DNA of 64,000 nucleotides from Dipteris shenzhenensis (lineage: Eukaryota). A program made the position numbers and the translations under genes. The first letter of the stretch is position 1. Every line of letters starts with the position of its first letter. The DNA lies in the NCBI GenBank assembly GCA_047967505.1, contig CM106538.1; one strand, 5' to 3'. This document shows positions 38,906 through 51,182 of this stretch, piece after piece. The notes beneath the pieces are model-generated. The model searched no databases and was not told the origin of the DNA. It saw only the letters and a program-made list of their open reading frames with translations.

Positions 38906-40264
38906 GGGAGATCGCAAGGTTAGAGCATGCTCTCACATGTTGATAGTGTTGAGGAAGCATGGACCCAAGGAGGCACATGAAAACCAAAGTGAAGTAAACA
39001 CTGAACCCCAAAGAGTGGGAGCATCTTTGCATTGAGAGATATTTGTACATGTACAAGGGTTTCCATCCTTAGACAAAAGTGTAAGGACTTCTCTCCCTTA
39101 CTCAAAAATGTAAGGACTTCTCTCTCTTTCTTTTCTCCCTTAGACAAAAGTATAAGGACTTCTCTCTCTCTTGCATTTCTTTCTCACACAAAACTGTAAG
39201 GACTTCTCTGTCCACCCAAAAGTGTTGACTTTAGCATTTCTCTCTCTAGACCATGATTTTGCAAGTATGACTAGATCTTTTGTAGAGAGAATTTTGGCTA
39301 TCCTTACCCTATTAAATCCATCAAACCATCTTTCAAGATCAAGGTATTACAAGCATAACTTTGCCAGTACTCCTGACACACAATTACCTCATCTTGGTTG
39401 CTTTGGACTGTGCTTCTGGCCCTTGTTGCCACAGGTTCACGACTCCCCTAGACTGATTTGATTACCCATCCTCAGGTATCTGATGCTTTGAGTGGGAATT
39501 TTTTGCATTGTGTTTTGTCCATGGGGATTGTGATTGTTGAGGTTGATTGTTCCAGAGTTGATAAAAATTCCTTTGATGTTGATTGTAGTTGTCAAAGTAG
39601 TCCTTGCCTTGTTGTTGAGTGCTTCTAGAGTTTCTCTTTTCATGTAGATTACAAAAAAGCTAGTTGAAGGTCGGTGATGTGGCACATTGTTAGTGCTTGA
39701 TTTTGATGGTATTAAATACCTATGTACCAAATTTTTCATGTTGATAATGAATGATTAGCATTTCTCTTCTTTATCTTATACCTAGTCAATCACATGGTAA
39801 TAGGACATTTGTTTGATCATCTTGCTTCGCATTAATTGTGGCTCATAAAAAATACTTATTACTTGATGTATTCTATTTGTATAGAATGTATGTCTTCGTG
39901 GACCTTGGCATTTGTTTCACTCTTTGTTGTTGCGAGAGAAATTCTCATAAGAGAGAAAAGGTTTAGGCTGTCAACGATGAGGCTTAGGACTTGTATGCAT
40001 ATCATTGGAACCTATGGGTGAATTTGTGGTATTGAAAATGTCAATAACTTTGAGTTGAATGTATCTTCTTCTTGTACTAATTTGTATTCCTATCATATGT
40101 TGTGTTCTTAACACCTTCCTATTTTCACCTAGAGATTGAGAGAGTGTAGGCTTGAAGGATGAGTTCATTGTGTTGCTTAAAGCCGATATTCAGTATGATA
40201 GACTACTCACCTATGGACTCTCTCAAGACTGTGCCTTGATTTTGAGATTGAGTTCTTTACATAT

Positions 40265-40512
40265 TTGATAACGGAAGTGAGAGAAGGAGGGAGAGGAGTG
40301 CGCACAAGATTGACTAATGGAAGTGAGAGAGGGAGAGAGAGGAGTGCAGACAAGGTTGACTAACTATACACTACGTTGTATTGAACATAAACATGAATAT
40401 ATACATGTGAAGCCCTTAGGGTTAGAGTTAGGGTTTGCCCCTAATGCCCTATCTAGATAGTGCAATTTACACTATCCTGAACACCACCTCTTATCCTAAA
40501 CACCCCCTCTTA
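40265..40512 (-). mobile_element. PPT plus 3' LTR related to the 8658 LTR family
   Basis: Minus strand reads AAGAGGGGG-TGTT..; AAACCCTAACTCTAACCCTAA..TGTATATATTC..TAGTGTA..TTAGTCA, which parallels 8769-8840. Confidence 0.55.
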
Positions 40513-43500
40513 AATTGCACTGGGTAAGTAGAGGGTGCGATACATATACAAGATCTTTTTGTGGATTTTGTTTGGTGCATATGATAGCATCCAAAACTAA
40601 AAAAGAAAATTGGAAAGAGTCAGAGTAGTATGTGCATGTGTGAGCATAGTGACTACGTAATGAGTATAACTTACGATCTTGTACGTAATGTGGATTTGCC
40701 CCTCTTAAGTTGTGGTCCATCCTTTGCCTTTGGGAATAAAACCTAGAATGTAGGCCAAAGGGAAGAGGAAGGAAAAAAGCAGAAAGTAAAGTCCACCTGG
40801 ATCAAAAGCCAGTCGATCGAAAGATGATGGCGTGAATGAGGGTGTGCAAGGGTGCATGCTCAACATGTCAAAGTTAAACATGTCATGTGTCATCATGGAC
40901 TGTGCAACTGCTCTATAGAAGAGGCATCTAGATGTGAAGCAAGTTGATCTAGCGATGGAGAAAGAATCCGATAGGTTGTGACATACGAGAGTGTCACCAA
41001 CCCAAAAGAACTGGTAGCAATGGCAAAGGTATGTTGCAGTAGAGTGATTTAGCTCTCTCTTTGTTGACGAACTTTTGTGATTGATGACTTCATGCTTGGT
41101 GTGTGCCCCATTTTTGTGGACATAGAGTCACTCTTTATAGGTTTTGCACGCTGCTACAGAGTAACTGATATTTTCTTTAACTCGTTGCATGGTCTATCAA
41201 GAATTGAAATCTTTGTTGGGGCAAGGGGATTCTTGGCTTTCTTGATGCATCTTTTAGGTAGCCATGCTAATTGTAATCTTCTATCCAAGTGTTGATGTCT
41301 ATTTGGTACAAAGAAGTGCATATCTTTCTTTTGTATCCATAGAGATTTTGTCTTTGGTTGTTTCAGATCTTATGTGCTTTAGTGATTCACAATCAGATCA
41401 CCCTCCTTTATGCTGACTTGGTGTTCAATGGGATGTTGAGGGAGATTAGGGAGACAATTCCTTTGCTTGCACTTTAGAGTGCACTATTTGATGTGTCACG
41501 TAAGGTTTTTTGTCAAGTTTGTGGTGTTATGAGGGACATTGATGGCCTACGTTCAAATTCTCTGGCCTTGACCTTGTAAGGTTGATCACTTGGATTCATT
41601 CCTATTCCCTTAGCTCCTAAGTATATTACTACTCCATAAGTAGCACTTATGCTATGATTTGTGCTTGGTCATGTGCCATGTTATCAGGGTTGTCAGTGGT
41701 GGAAGTCTCTTCAGTACCCAACTTGGGTTCATTCTGCTTTTGTGGCTTCAATTGAGAGGGCTTAGTGGGTTTCATAAGGAGTTGCAAGAGTTCCTCTACT
41801 CCTATGTACAATTCATAGTGATTTGACAAATGCTCATAAAAAATGTTTGGCACTTCATCTCGACTCGATTGGTCATCTTCCACTCTTTCCTCTCTTTGGT
41901 CCTTGGCATTGTTTTTGTCTTGAACTGCTCTATTTGTCCACTTCCCTCTTGTGTTTGAGTCTCTCTTTGTTCAACATCTAGAGTTGGTCAACTTGAGAAT
42001 CTAATCTGCTATCCATGTTTCAATCAATTATTGATATTTTGGTCATCGATGAGCTCTTGATCTTCTAGTCCTGACATTCATTGCGAGTTGGTTCAGACTG
42101 CTTGTTCCCGTCTTACTTCTCATCAAAGGCAAACCATTCCATTCCTAAGCAAGATTGTCAAAAATGCCTATATATGGGTTCATTTGCCTAGTCATTCATT
42201 TGTATTTGCATTTGTTTTAGGCTTAGCAAGGTATAGTCACTTGATGCAATGTGCATGCTAACAGATAATTGCATGCAAGTAAAGAGGAAAGGAAAGACAA
42301 TTACTTGAGAAAATTCTCTTTGTATTTCTTATAAATATTTTGCACAAAGGTAGTACAACTACCTCACTAGCCAAACCCAACACACCCACTAATCAAAATA
42401 GCAAAGAGAGGACCCTTCATCTATGTCATCCACTTACTTTTGTAATATTCCCTCTAACAAGACATGGTAGCTACCACCTACCCACATTTACATTTTGTCA
42501 CACCTACCCATCAGTGCGATAGGTTCCATTAAGTCCATAATTAAAATTCCTTCTAAAATTTTTATCGGATGATGCTGTTGGACATTGTCAAGAAAATCCC
42601 ATGTTCGCAGACCCAAGGAGAGGTCATATTTTATTTCAAGATCACAAAAGAGAAATACTGCAACATGCACCAAATCCCCGAAGTAGAGGCCGCACAAGTC
42701 TATAATGTACTTTGCAAGTGCGGCAATCCATGGGTTCCATGTTGGTACAAGAATATGAATTGGCAATACATTCTAGAATAGAGGGACATTTAAGTCATGA
42801 TGACATGTTAGAGCATTAACTGGTGGTAATGTTGAATCCCTTGAACAAAGATCTTCAATAAGAGACGAGAAGCGGAGCCATGGGTGCCAATAAAGTAGTG
42901 CACTAGCAAGAAGCATCGCTCTTAGTGAAGCATGAAGTGACCCATTCACTCAAGTTAACATCATATAACCAAACCCAAATAAGCCAGTTGAGTTGGAATG
43001 TGTCGACCTAGGAGCTGCGGCTACCTTGCCAAAAGGAATTTCTATGCCATTCTTGAAGGCACATACCTTGCTGCTGCGGCTACCAATAGGTGTAATAGTA
43101 TGCAAATGCGAGTGAGTGGTATAAAACAAAGTGGATGAGAGAGAGGAAGAGTCCTCCATTTGCTATTGTGATTAGGGGTTTTGCCAGTTAGATAGTAAGT
43201 AATACAAAGAGACTTTTTTCTCTTACTGCATTCGTCATCTCATGAGCAATTGTCTTTCTTTTTTGTTTTACTTGTATTCATATCTATTCGTTTTGCAACT
43301 GTTCATTAGAACACACATTAGATTGAATGACTGCTTCATTTAGGAGTCTAGAAACAGCACCGTGCCTCTTAAAGCCTAGAACAAGGGCAAATAACGAATA
43401 GAGGACCAGACAAATAAACCGACATGTTGACCACCATTCATAGTTTTAAATAGGTAAGCATGTTTCTCTACATAGTTCAAGCTCATCTATAAAGTGTTTT

Positions 43501-44607
43501 GCTTGCTAAAGAATATGGTTGTCCTGCAAAGGTGGTGGAAATCATTCATTCGAGGACCTGACGATATGCTTGCTCAAATGATGTGCCATTGTTTTAAGAA
43601 ATTGTAGACCATGAATACTTATGTGCTATATGTGACATATGCCTTTCATTTGCATTGAAGGAATAGGCAGTTGCTTTCTCTAGGTTAATTCACTTCCATA
43701 GAGCCGAGGACAAAGATCAAACTATGATTTTGGGGCTTATGTTATACAAGGCAAAAGTGATAAGCACAGTGGCATTTTGGCAGTTGTTTTTGCCTTGCAA
43801 ACTTGAAAATCATGACAAATAGTGACTTAAAAGAGAGGGAGCAAGGGAAGGGAACACCAAGGGAGAGCATCTTGAGGTCTTGAGGCTTGGCTACTAAGGG
43901 CTTGTATACACCAAGAATCGCATGCCCATTGTTAGTGCAAGGAGCCAATGAGGATGCTTATGGGGTGGATGGGTGTAGTGCCTTTACAACTCATGTTTTG
44001 CCTCTACTTTGGTAGGGGCGCTTGGGCATTGGATGCCCAACAATGGGCAACCATTTGTAGCTAATGAGGTATGAAGGGTGGGTGATAACACATGTTGCTA
44101 CACAAGGGTAGTTTAATTGCTCAAGTCGTGGGTAGCTTTAAGTGCAAAAGCCTGCGCCCAAGCTTACCTATCCATTCTGCTCACAACTTAAGAAAGGTGT
44201 TTACACACTTGCCTGGCCATGAGCAAGCCCAAGGCTCATGGATGGGCAAGATCGCTCGCTGACAGCCCACAGTCCAGATGCTTTTATTGCATCTTGGGCG
44301 CTTGCAGTGGATTGACTGAGGGCATGCCCAAGGCTCATGGACGAGCAAGATTGCTTGCATCTTGGGCGCGTGCACTCTCTAATCACCCTAATTTAGTTGT
44401 GTTTTACTTACACAACATAGGGATGGATGCACCATGATGCGTTTTGACATAAGTTTTTAAGGTTGTGTGTGAATGAACTAGAGCGTATTGAAGTGTATTT
44501 GGGTGCTATCCAAAGGAATCTCATTAAATCTCAACCATTCACACTCATTTCACATAGTCGCGCTCCTTTAGCTTTTCATCTCAAGGGAGACCATTTTCAC
44601 AGCAGCG

Positions 44608-44770
44608 ATGGAGCCTGCTTCCGTCGCTTTTCCTCATTCGACCTCCGCTGGCCTCGCCACGTTCTGCTTCCATACATTTGAAGCCCGTGCATCCTCTCGA
44701 ACTGGTTTGTGCAATATCTCTCTCGCTTAAATTTGTATGCATTGGTTACTCTGTGTGTGTGTGCGCGTAT

Positions 44771-44818
<48 letters not shown>

Positions 44819-45064
44819 TCTTTTTGACAGCTCTCTCAAACCTTAAGTACATACTCTCCTCTCTTACATTTCCCCAACGGTTACTGAACTTAATAGAAGT
44901 CCAGGAACTGAATAATTGAAGAGAACCCCAAATCCCCAACTAACCGCCTGTGAACGAATCTGCGAAAGAAAAGCAGAGGTATATCGAAGACTTCAGACAA
45001 AAGCAGTATGGAAGGAGGCTGCTCGTCAAAAGATGTCATTAACGTTATCACTTTAAAAGCGAAT

Positions 45065-45111
<47 letters not shown>

Positions 45112-48100
45112 CGTAGCTTAATTTTTGCGTGAGATGCTCATGAATGACAAAGAACCGTATTCGGTTGCAGCCCCCTCCCCCCAATCCTTCACCGCACCAG
45201 TAATGAGCTGAAGTACGAGTCCCAAGAGGGTAATTGTCTTTCTTGTGCGAAGTAATGAGCTGGAGTACAAGCGTTATCCCAATGCACCTATTGTTCTGAA
45301 TTGTCTCACGGGCTTGCCATCTTTATATTCTAGTGGCTGGTCTGCATCATCGTAGGCTTCTACAAATTGGGGGCTTTTGGGGACGCATCTGCCTGCCTCA
45401 CAGGGCGGTTGGTGGTACTGAAGGCTGGAGAGGAAATGGAAGTATGATTGTCCTTATCCCCTGCTGCTAAAACAGGCTGTCTGTCTCTGAGTGCTGACCA
45501 GTGTATCTGTAGGGTAAGTGGCCAACGTGTAGGGTCGTCTGAAAGCCTGAAACTGGCTGGCCTCTTCTGGCAAAAGTTGACGAATCTGGCTAGTCATCTG
45601 CTGTTGTTTCTGGTTATCCAATTACTGCTGTTGTTTGGAGAGGTTTTTGAAAACACGTGGCCTTAATTTATGCACTAATTCTACCCTACCCTAGCCTGTC
45701 CCATAAACAGGGCTCACAACCGGAGAGAGTGCCTTGCCAGGTCCAGTCATGCCATTGCATTCGTGTGGTAGAGGATGCCTGTGCAGTCTTGCACACAGAA
45801 ACCTTGCATGGCCCGCCATTTCTATTTTTCTTGCGGTTGGTGGTACTGAAGGCTGGAGAGGAGGTGGAAGTATGATTGTCCTTATCCCCTGCTGCTAAAA
45901 CAGGCTGTCTGTCTCTGAGTGCTGACCAGTGTATCTGTAGGGTAAGTGGCCAACGTGTAGGGTCGTCTGAAAGCCTGAAACTGGCTGGCCTCTTCTGGCA
46001 AAAGTTGATGAATCTGGCTAGTCATCTGCTGTTGTTTCTGGTTATCCAATTACTGCTGTTGTTTGGAGAGGTTTTTGAAAACCCGTGGCCTTAATTTATG
46101 CACTAATTGTACCCTACCCTAGCCTGTCCTATAAACAGGGCTCACAACCGGAGAGAGTGCCTTGCCAGGTCCAGTCATGCCATTGCATTCGTGTGGTAGA
46201 GGATGCCTGTGCAGTCTTGCACACAGAAACCTTGCATGGCCCGCCATTTTTATTTTTCTTGTTTGTTTGGACTCTTTAATTGTAACTTGATCATGTCTCT
46301 TGATCTGTGCTCCATGAAAGTTCAACATTGAAATCTGCACACAGAAACCGTGCATGGCTCGCCATTTCTATTTTTCTTGTTTGTTTGGACTCTTTAATTG
46401 TAACTTGATCATGTTTCTTGATCTGTGCTCCATGAAAGTTCAACATTGATTTCAATAGTGACTTTTCAATTTTTGATCCTGTAATGAAGGCCTAAAGTCG
46501 GTCCAGTTAGTGGGGGTTAGGGTTATTAGTACTGGGGGGTGTTTGCAAGAGAGAGAGGTTAAAAAGAGATTAGGAGGTACTATATAAGTACCCTTTCCTC
46601 ATGTGCAATATAGTTTTTTAAATGTGACTCATTCCTAATCTATACTCAGCTCTCCTGCTACCCTCCCCTCCATTGAATCTCTCTCTCTCTCTCTCTCTCT
46701 TTCTCCCCAACTTCTTTTCCTCTCTCTTTCTCTTTCTACCAACACCTCTAGAAACAATCCCCAAGATAAGGTACCAAAACGAGGCTCTGTTTGCTGCACC
46801 CTATGAAAAAACCTCCTTTTCTGCCACGTGCCTCTGTGTAGGCTTCAGTAGCTGCAAGGCTGAGCACTCATGCAAATATATGTGCTGATGTGCACTAGCT
46901 TCCTTTGCTGCAGCTCTTGTGCTCTCCTACAGGTGTAGGTCTGCAACTAGATCTGTTGCAGACGTCAAGGACTTGTGCTTCTGCAGATGCTTTCTGAATG
47001 TTGATGATCTCTAGGTGCACTGCTGCACTCCTGCCCTCCACGATGCTCTCCAGCAGTTTCCTGGTCTGGAGGCTCGAGTGCCTTGGAGAAGTGCTCAGTT
47101 CTGCAGACCAGCCATCCTGAAGTAGGCCGACTTGCTTCAATCTCCCCTGACCCAGTCTGGCATGCTGGCTGATTTATGCTGTGCTGCCAATCTGGTGCAG
47201 ACTGTGTGCTCTCTGCTGATTGGGTCTGCCTCTTCTGCTGACCTGGAGGTGCTGTACTGCTGACCTGGGGACTGGCCTATCAATGGCCCCAGTCCCCCCA
47301 CTATTTGCTGCTGTTCTGCTGGTCCTGCGCCAGCCCCAAGACCCCATACATGGCCACATGGCTGGGACTGTTCCAGCCCCACAGTCTGCCTTAAGTGTGG
47401 GCATACAGTCAGCTATTGGGCTTCCCCTGAATAACATAAACAAGGAATCTGATCTGCGGCCCACATGGCAGCCTCATCCCTTCCCCCTACACAGCAATGA
47501 CACACGGCAGCCTCATCCCTTCCCCCTACACAGCAATGATATAGTTGCTCAAGGGATGAAGGATGGCAGTTTGTATCTGATAAATGCATTCTTTGCTCGT
47601 GATCAGAATTCAACGAGCACATTGTAGCACAATCGCTTTGGCCACTCCTCAACGAGATGGTGTAGCGGAGTGTAAGACCAGAGCCATTATGGAGATGGCG
47701 AGAAGCATGATGGAGGCAAATAGCCTGAGGAGAATTGTTTGGCCTGACGCCAGTCAAGCAACGGTCAACATCATCAACTAACGAAGATGGAGTTACACCA
47801 GTGGAGGCTTATGCAAGTAAATAGCCTTCTGTTGACTATTTTTGACTTTTCGATTCCAAGCCCATATTCATATCTCAGGCCTGAAGAAAAAGAAGCTGGC
47901 CTCAAGGTCCAAAGAATGTATCTTCATCGGGTACAGCATGTATACCAAGGGTACAAGCTGTATGATCTTCTACAAAGGAGGTCATGGTGGTAGAGATTTC
48001 ACCTTCATGGAGGGAGAGCCCATGACAATACTCCCTGATATTCCAGACCTGAAGCCGAAAGAGAAAGGCAAGGGTGTCCAAGCACCCCTCTCTCTTTGTA

Positions 48101-48456
48101 TAGAGAGGGACTCACAACATGATGATGTTCCAGTTCTTTTTATTCTCAGATGCCTCCAAGACTCTTCCCAAATGGCATATCCAGACGGTGCAAGAGTCGA
48201 AAGCGACAGACATTCCCACGACAAAGGAGAATGTGGCTGACCTCCTGACGGAGGCACTTTCTTGGGGCAGCTTGAACATTTTCTTTAGCGTGTGGGTATA
48301 GGCCCAAAGCCAGGCACTGCTAGGGGGTGTTGACCCCCTTTGTAGGGATATTAGGGTTGCCAGAGGACATGACTTTGTGGGTGTTATTATGCTCTGTTTA
48401 TGAGCAGGCACCAGAGGTTTATTGGGATCCTTTTTGAGTTGTCTTGCCAGGCCTCT

Positions 48457-48492
<36 letters not shown>

Positions 48493-50184
48493 ACACACTC
48501 ACACAATATTAACTAGACAATAAAATTATCTAGTCCATTTTCATGTGAAAAAGAATATAAATATTTGGAACCCATTCAACTTTGTGATCTGGGGAAAAAA
48601 AAAAGAAGCAATGTGTATATAAAGAGTCGAAGGATTTTCAACAACCTTGTGAAGGCACTTAAGCTCAAAGTTTCATCCTTAAAACTACTAGCATTACACA
48701 TCATCAATAGTATGAATCCCAAGAGTTCAATGTCTTTGGTGGTGGTGTAAAATGAAGGTTAACTCAACAAAAATTTCAACATTTTGGCTTATCTAGGTGT
48801 TTTGAAGACGAAAAATTCAAGTTTTTTGCTTCTAGGACTTGGGGAATAAATGCACCCTACCTATTAATTTTAAAATATTGCATAAAATTACTCCTGTCAT
48901 TAATATATTTCTGTAAGTTTGAAGAATAAAAATACCCCACATTTTGAACACTCATGGAGCAGCAGGAGCTTCAGGCTGCACAGTGGCAGCCCACAGGTCT
49001 GGGAAACCCCTGGTCTGGGGTTTTCTATAGGCTGCTGGACCAGTCGGCTTGCAGCTCACATGTGGGAAATCCCTGGTCTGGGGCCTTCTATAGGCTGCTG
49101 GACCAGTCGGCTTGCAGCTAGTTAGCTGACAGGTCGGCCCACAGACCTGCTGGTTGGCTAGTTAGGTCCTTACTTCTTTTTTGCTGAATCCCCTCACCTC
49201 CAATGCCTCTACATCCCTTCTATTCCTGCCTACTCCTGCCTACCTAAGGCTCTCCTACTGGTGCATGGAGGAGGAGAAATTGCGGCAGCAGTTTCTTCAG
49301 TTTGAGGGAATCCTATAGCAATCCTATTGTCTCTGGTTTATTCCTTTGATCTGTCATAAATAAATCCAGTTCAGTAAAACTGTGTTCTCTGAGTATTTCG
49401 TGAGCTGAACATGTGTGGAGTGCTTAGTTGTTCTGGATCTCTCTATCCTAGGCACATCTCTCTCTATTTTAGTACACACCTTTCTGTGGTATAATGTGCT
49501 TTTACTACATGATATACTGTCTTGAAGAACAATACTTTTATACATTTTTTTGGAGGTAAAAACTGTGAATTATTTACAGGTTTGGTGGCAAGTAGTTTTC
49601 CTCAAGGTGGAAAACTGAAGTGTAAGCCACAGTTTTTTCCTGGAAATCAAGCTTCGCAAAGATTTGCAGTGGTGAGGAATGTCAGCAGCACCGTTCTGTC
49701 CCCTGAGCAGGTCACCCTCTTTTCTTGAAATAGTTGTACAAATTTTCTGCAGTTTTTAGGATTTATGACTGGGAATGCAGTCTTGTGGTCTACATTTACC
49801 CTATCGTCTGAGGTTTTTAGACCATTCATTAAAAAATACTGATTTGAATGTTGCTTTGTTGCTTTGTCCACACAATTGAACATGTTGGCTGCAGTAAATG
49901 CATTTACACTAGAGGTATCGCCGTGCTCTTTTGTTTGCATCCTCAAGATTCTTTTCCGATGTGGCAGGCTCCTATACCTAAGCTCATCCCAAAAGAGAGT
50001 CAGCGACCTGTGTATCCTTTCACAGCTATTGTAGGGCAGGAGGAAATGAAGTTATGCCTGCTATTAAATGTGATTGACCCCAAAATCGGAGGGGTCATGA
50101 TCATGGGCGATAGAGGTACCGGCAAATCCACAACTGTGAGGTCACTGGTTGATCTCCTTCCAGAAATTGAGGTTGTTGCAGGTG

Positions 50185-50220
<36 letters not shown>

Positions 50221-51182
50221 CGCCCCCCCCTGCGTTCCAATGTCTCTCTCATTGTGTATTCGTCTGTTTGTGTGATTTGATATATATATTAGTCTTATGA
50301 AGAAATATTGGTGCAGGTGATCCTTTTAATTCTGATCCTGGTGATCCAGAGTTGATGAGTGAGGAGGTTCGTTTAAAAGTACAACAACAACAAGAGTTGC
50401 CAGTCATGACAACTAAGATTACTATGGTTGATCTTCCTTTGGGGGCTACAGAGGACAGGGTGTGTGGGACTATTGACATCGAGAAGGCTCTTACAGAGGG
50501 AGTCAAAGCATTTGAGCCAGGTCTTCTTGCAAAGGCAAATCGGGGTATATTGTATGTAGATGAAGTAAATCTGCTTGATGATCATCTGGTAGATGTGCTA
50601 TTGGATTCTGCAGCTTCTGGATGGAATACTGTGGAAAGAGAGGGAATCTCTATTTCACATCCAGCTCGCTTCATTCTGATTGGCTCTGGCAACCCAGAAG
50701 AAGGGGAGCTGAGGCCCCAGTTGCTTGATAGGTTTGGCATGCATGCTCAGGTGGGGACAGTGAGAGATGCTGAGTTAAGGGTGAAGATTGTTGAGGAGAG
50801 AGCACGATTTGACCAGGATCCTAGGACTTTTCGAGAGACATACAAGCAGGAACAGGAGAAGCTTCAAAAGCAGATATTTGAAGCTCGTGCTAGACTGACT
50901 TGTGTAAAAGTTTCTCATGATGTTCGGGTGAAGATATCTCAAGTTTGTTCAGATCTTGATGTGGATGGGTTAAGAGGAGACATTGTGTCCAATAGGGCTG
51001 CCAAAGCATTAGCTGCCCTTCGTGGCAGGGAAGAAGTAACTCCAGAGGATGTCTACACAGTTATTCCCAACTGTCTTAGGCATAGGCTTCGCAAAGATCC
51101 TTTGGAGTCCATTGACTCTGGCCTGCTAGTGGTGGAAAAGTTCTGTGAAGTTTTTGGGTACTCCAAACCAGCGACTGGATGA
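44608..51182 (+). CDS. CHLI: Magnesium chelatase subunit I (AAA+), plastid-targeted; exons 44608-44704 (proposed), 49580-49710, 49968-50181, 50317-51182; 435 aa
   Basis: [16 protein letters not shown], Walker [32 protein letters not shown], Walker [38 protein letters not shown]. All junctions are GT-AG and phase-compatible (1308 nt). Exons 2-4 are well supported; exon 1 is inferred. Confidence 0.93.
44751..44816. repeat. (GT)n/(GA)n microsatellite at the start of CHLI intron 1
   Basis: Directly visible; another (GA)n lies at ~45071-45108. Confidence 0.95.
45405..46260 (+). repeat. Near-identical 428-bp tandem duplication
   Basis: GCGGTTGGTGGTACTGAAGGCTGG starts at 45405 and at 45833. The duplicated ORFs 45448 and 45876 are offset by 428. 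Confidence 0.97.
46219..46449 (+). repeat. 118-bp tandem duplication overlapping the end of the 428-bp duplication
   Basis: GCACACAGAAACC..GAAAGTTCAACATTGA at 46219 and 46337. Confidence 0.95.
46540..48500 (+). mobile_element. Heavily deleted Copia remnant inside CHLI intron 1
   Basis: [23 protein letters not shown] (integrase), [28 protein letters not shown] (RNaseH end), PPT AGGGGG-TGTTGA at ~48322. Boundaries are approximate. Confidence 0.7.

Noticed and set aside
49203-49318. ATG 49203 or 49265 as the CHLI start, or CHLI as a pseudogene
   Set aside because: Both hit stops before a usable donor. A better phase-compatible exon exists at 44608, and the catalytic region is intact.
18036-51182. 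C4H and CHLI as a functional gene cluster
   Set aside because: Unrelated pathways (phenylpropanoid vs chlorophyll), separated by ~25 kb of TE debris; adjacency alone is not evidence.
49968-51182. CHLI as a plastid DNA insertion or bacterial contaminant
   Set aside because: It has spliceosomal introns and a transit-peptide-like N-terminus, as expected for the nuclear land-plant gene.
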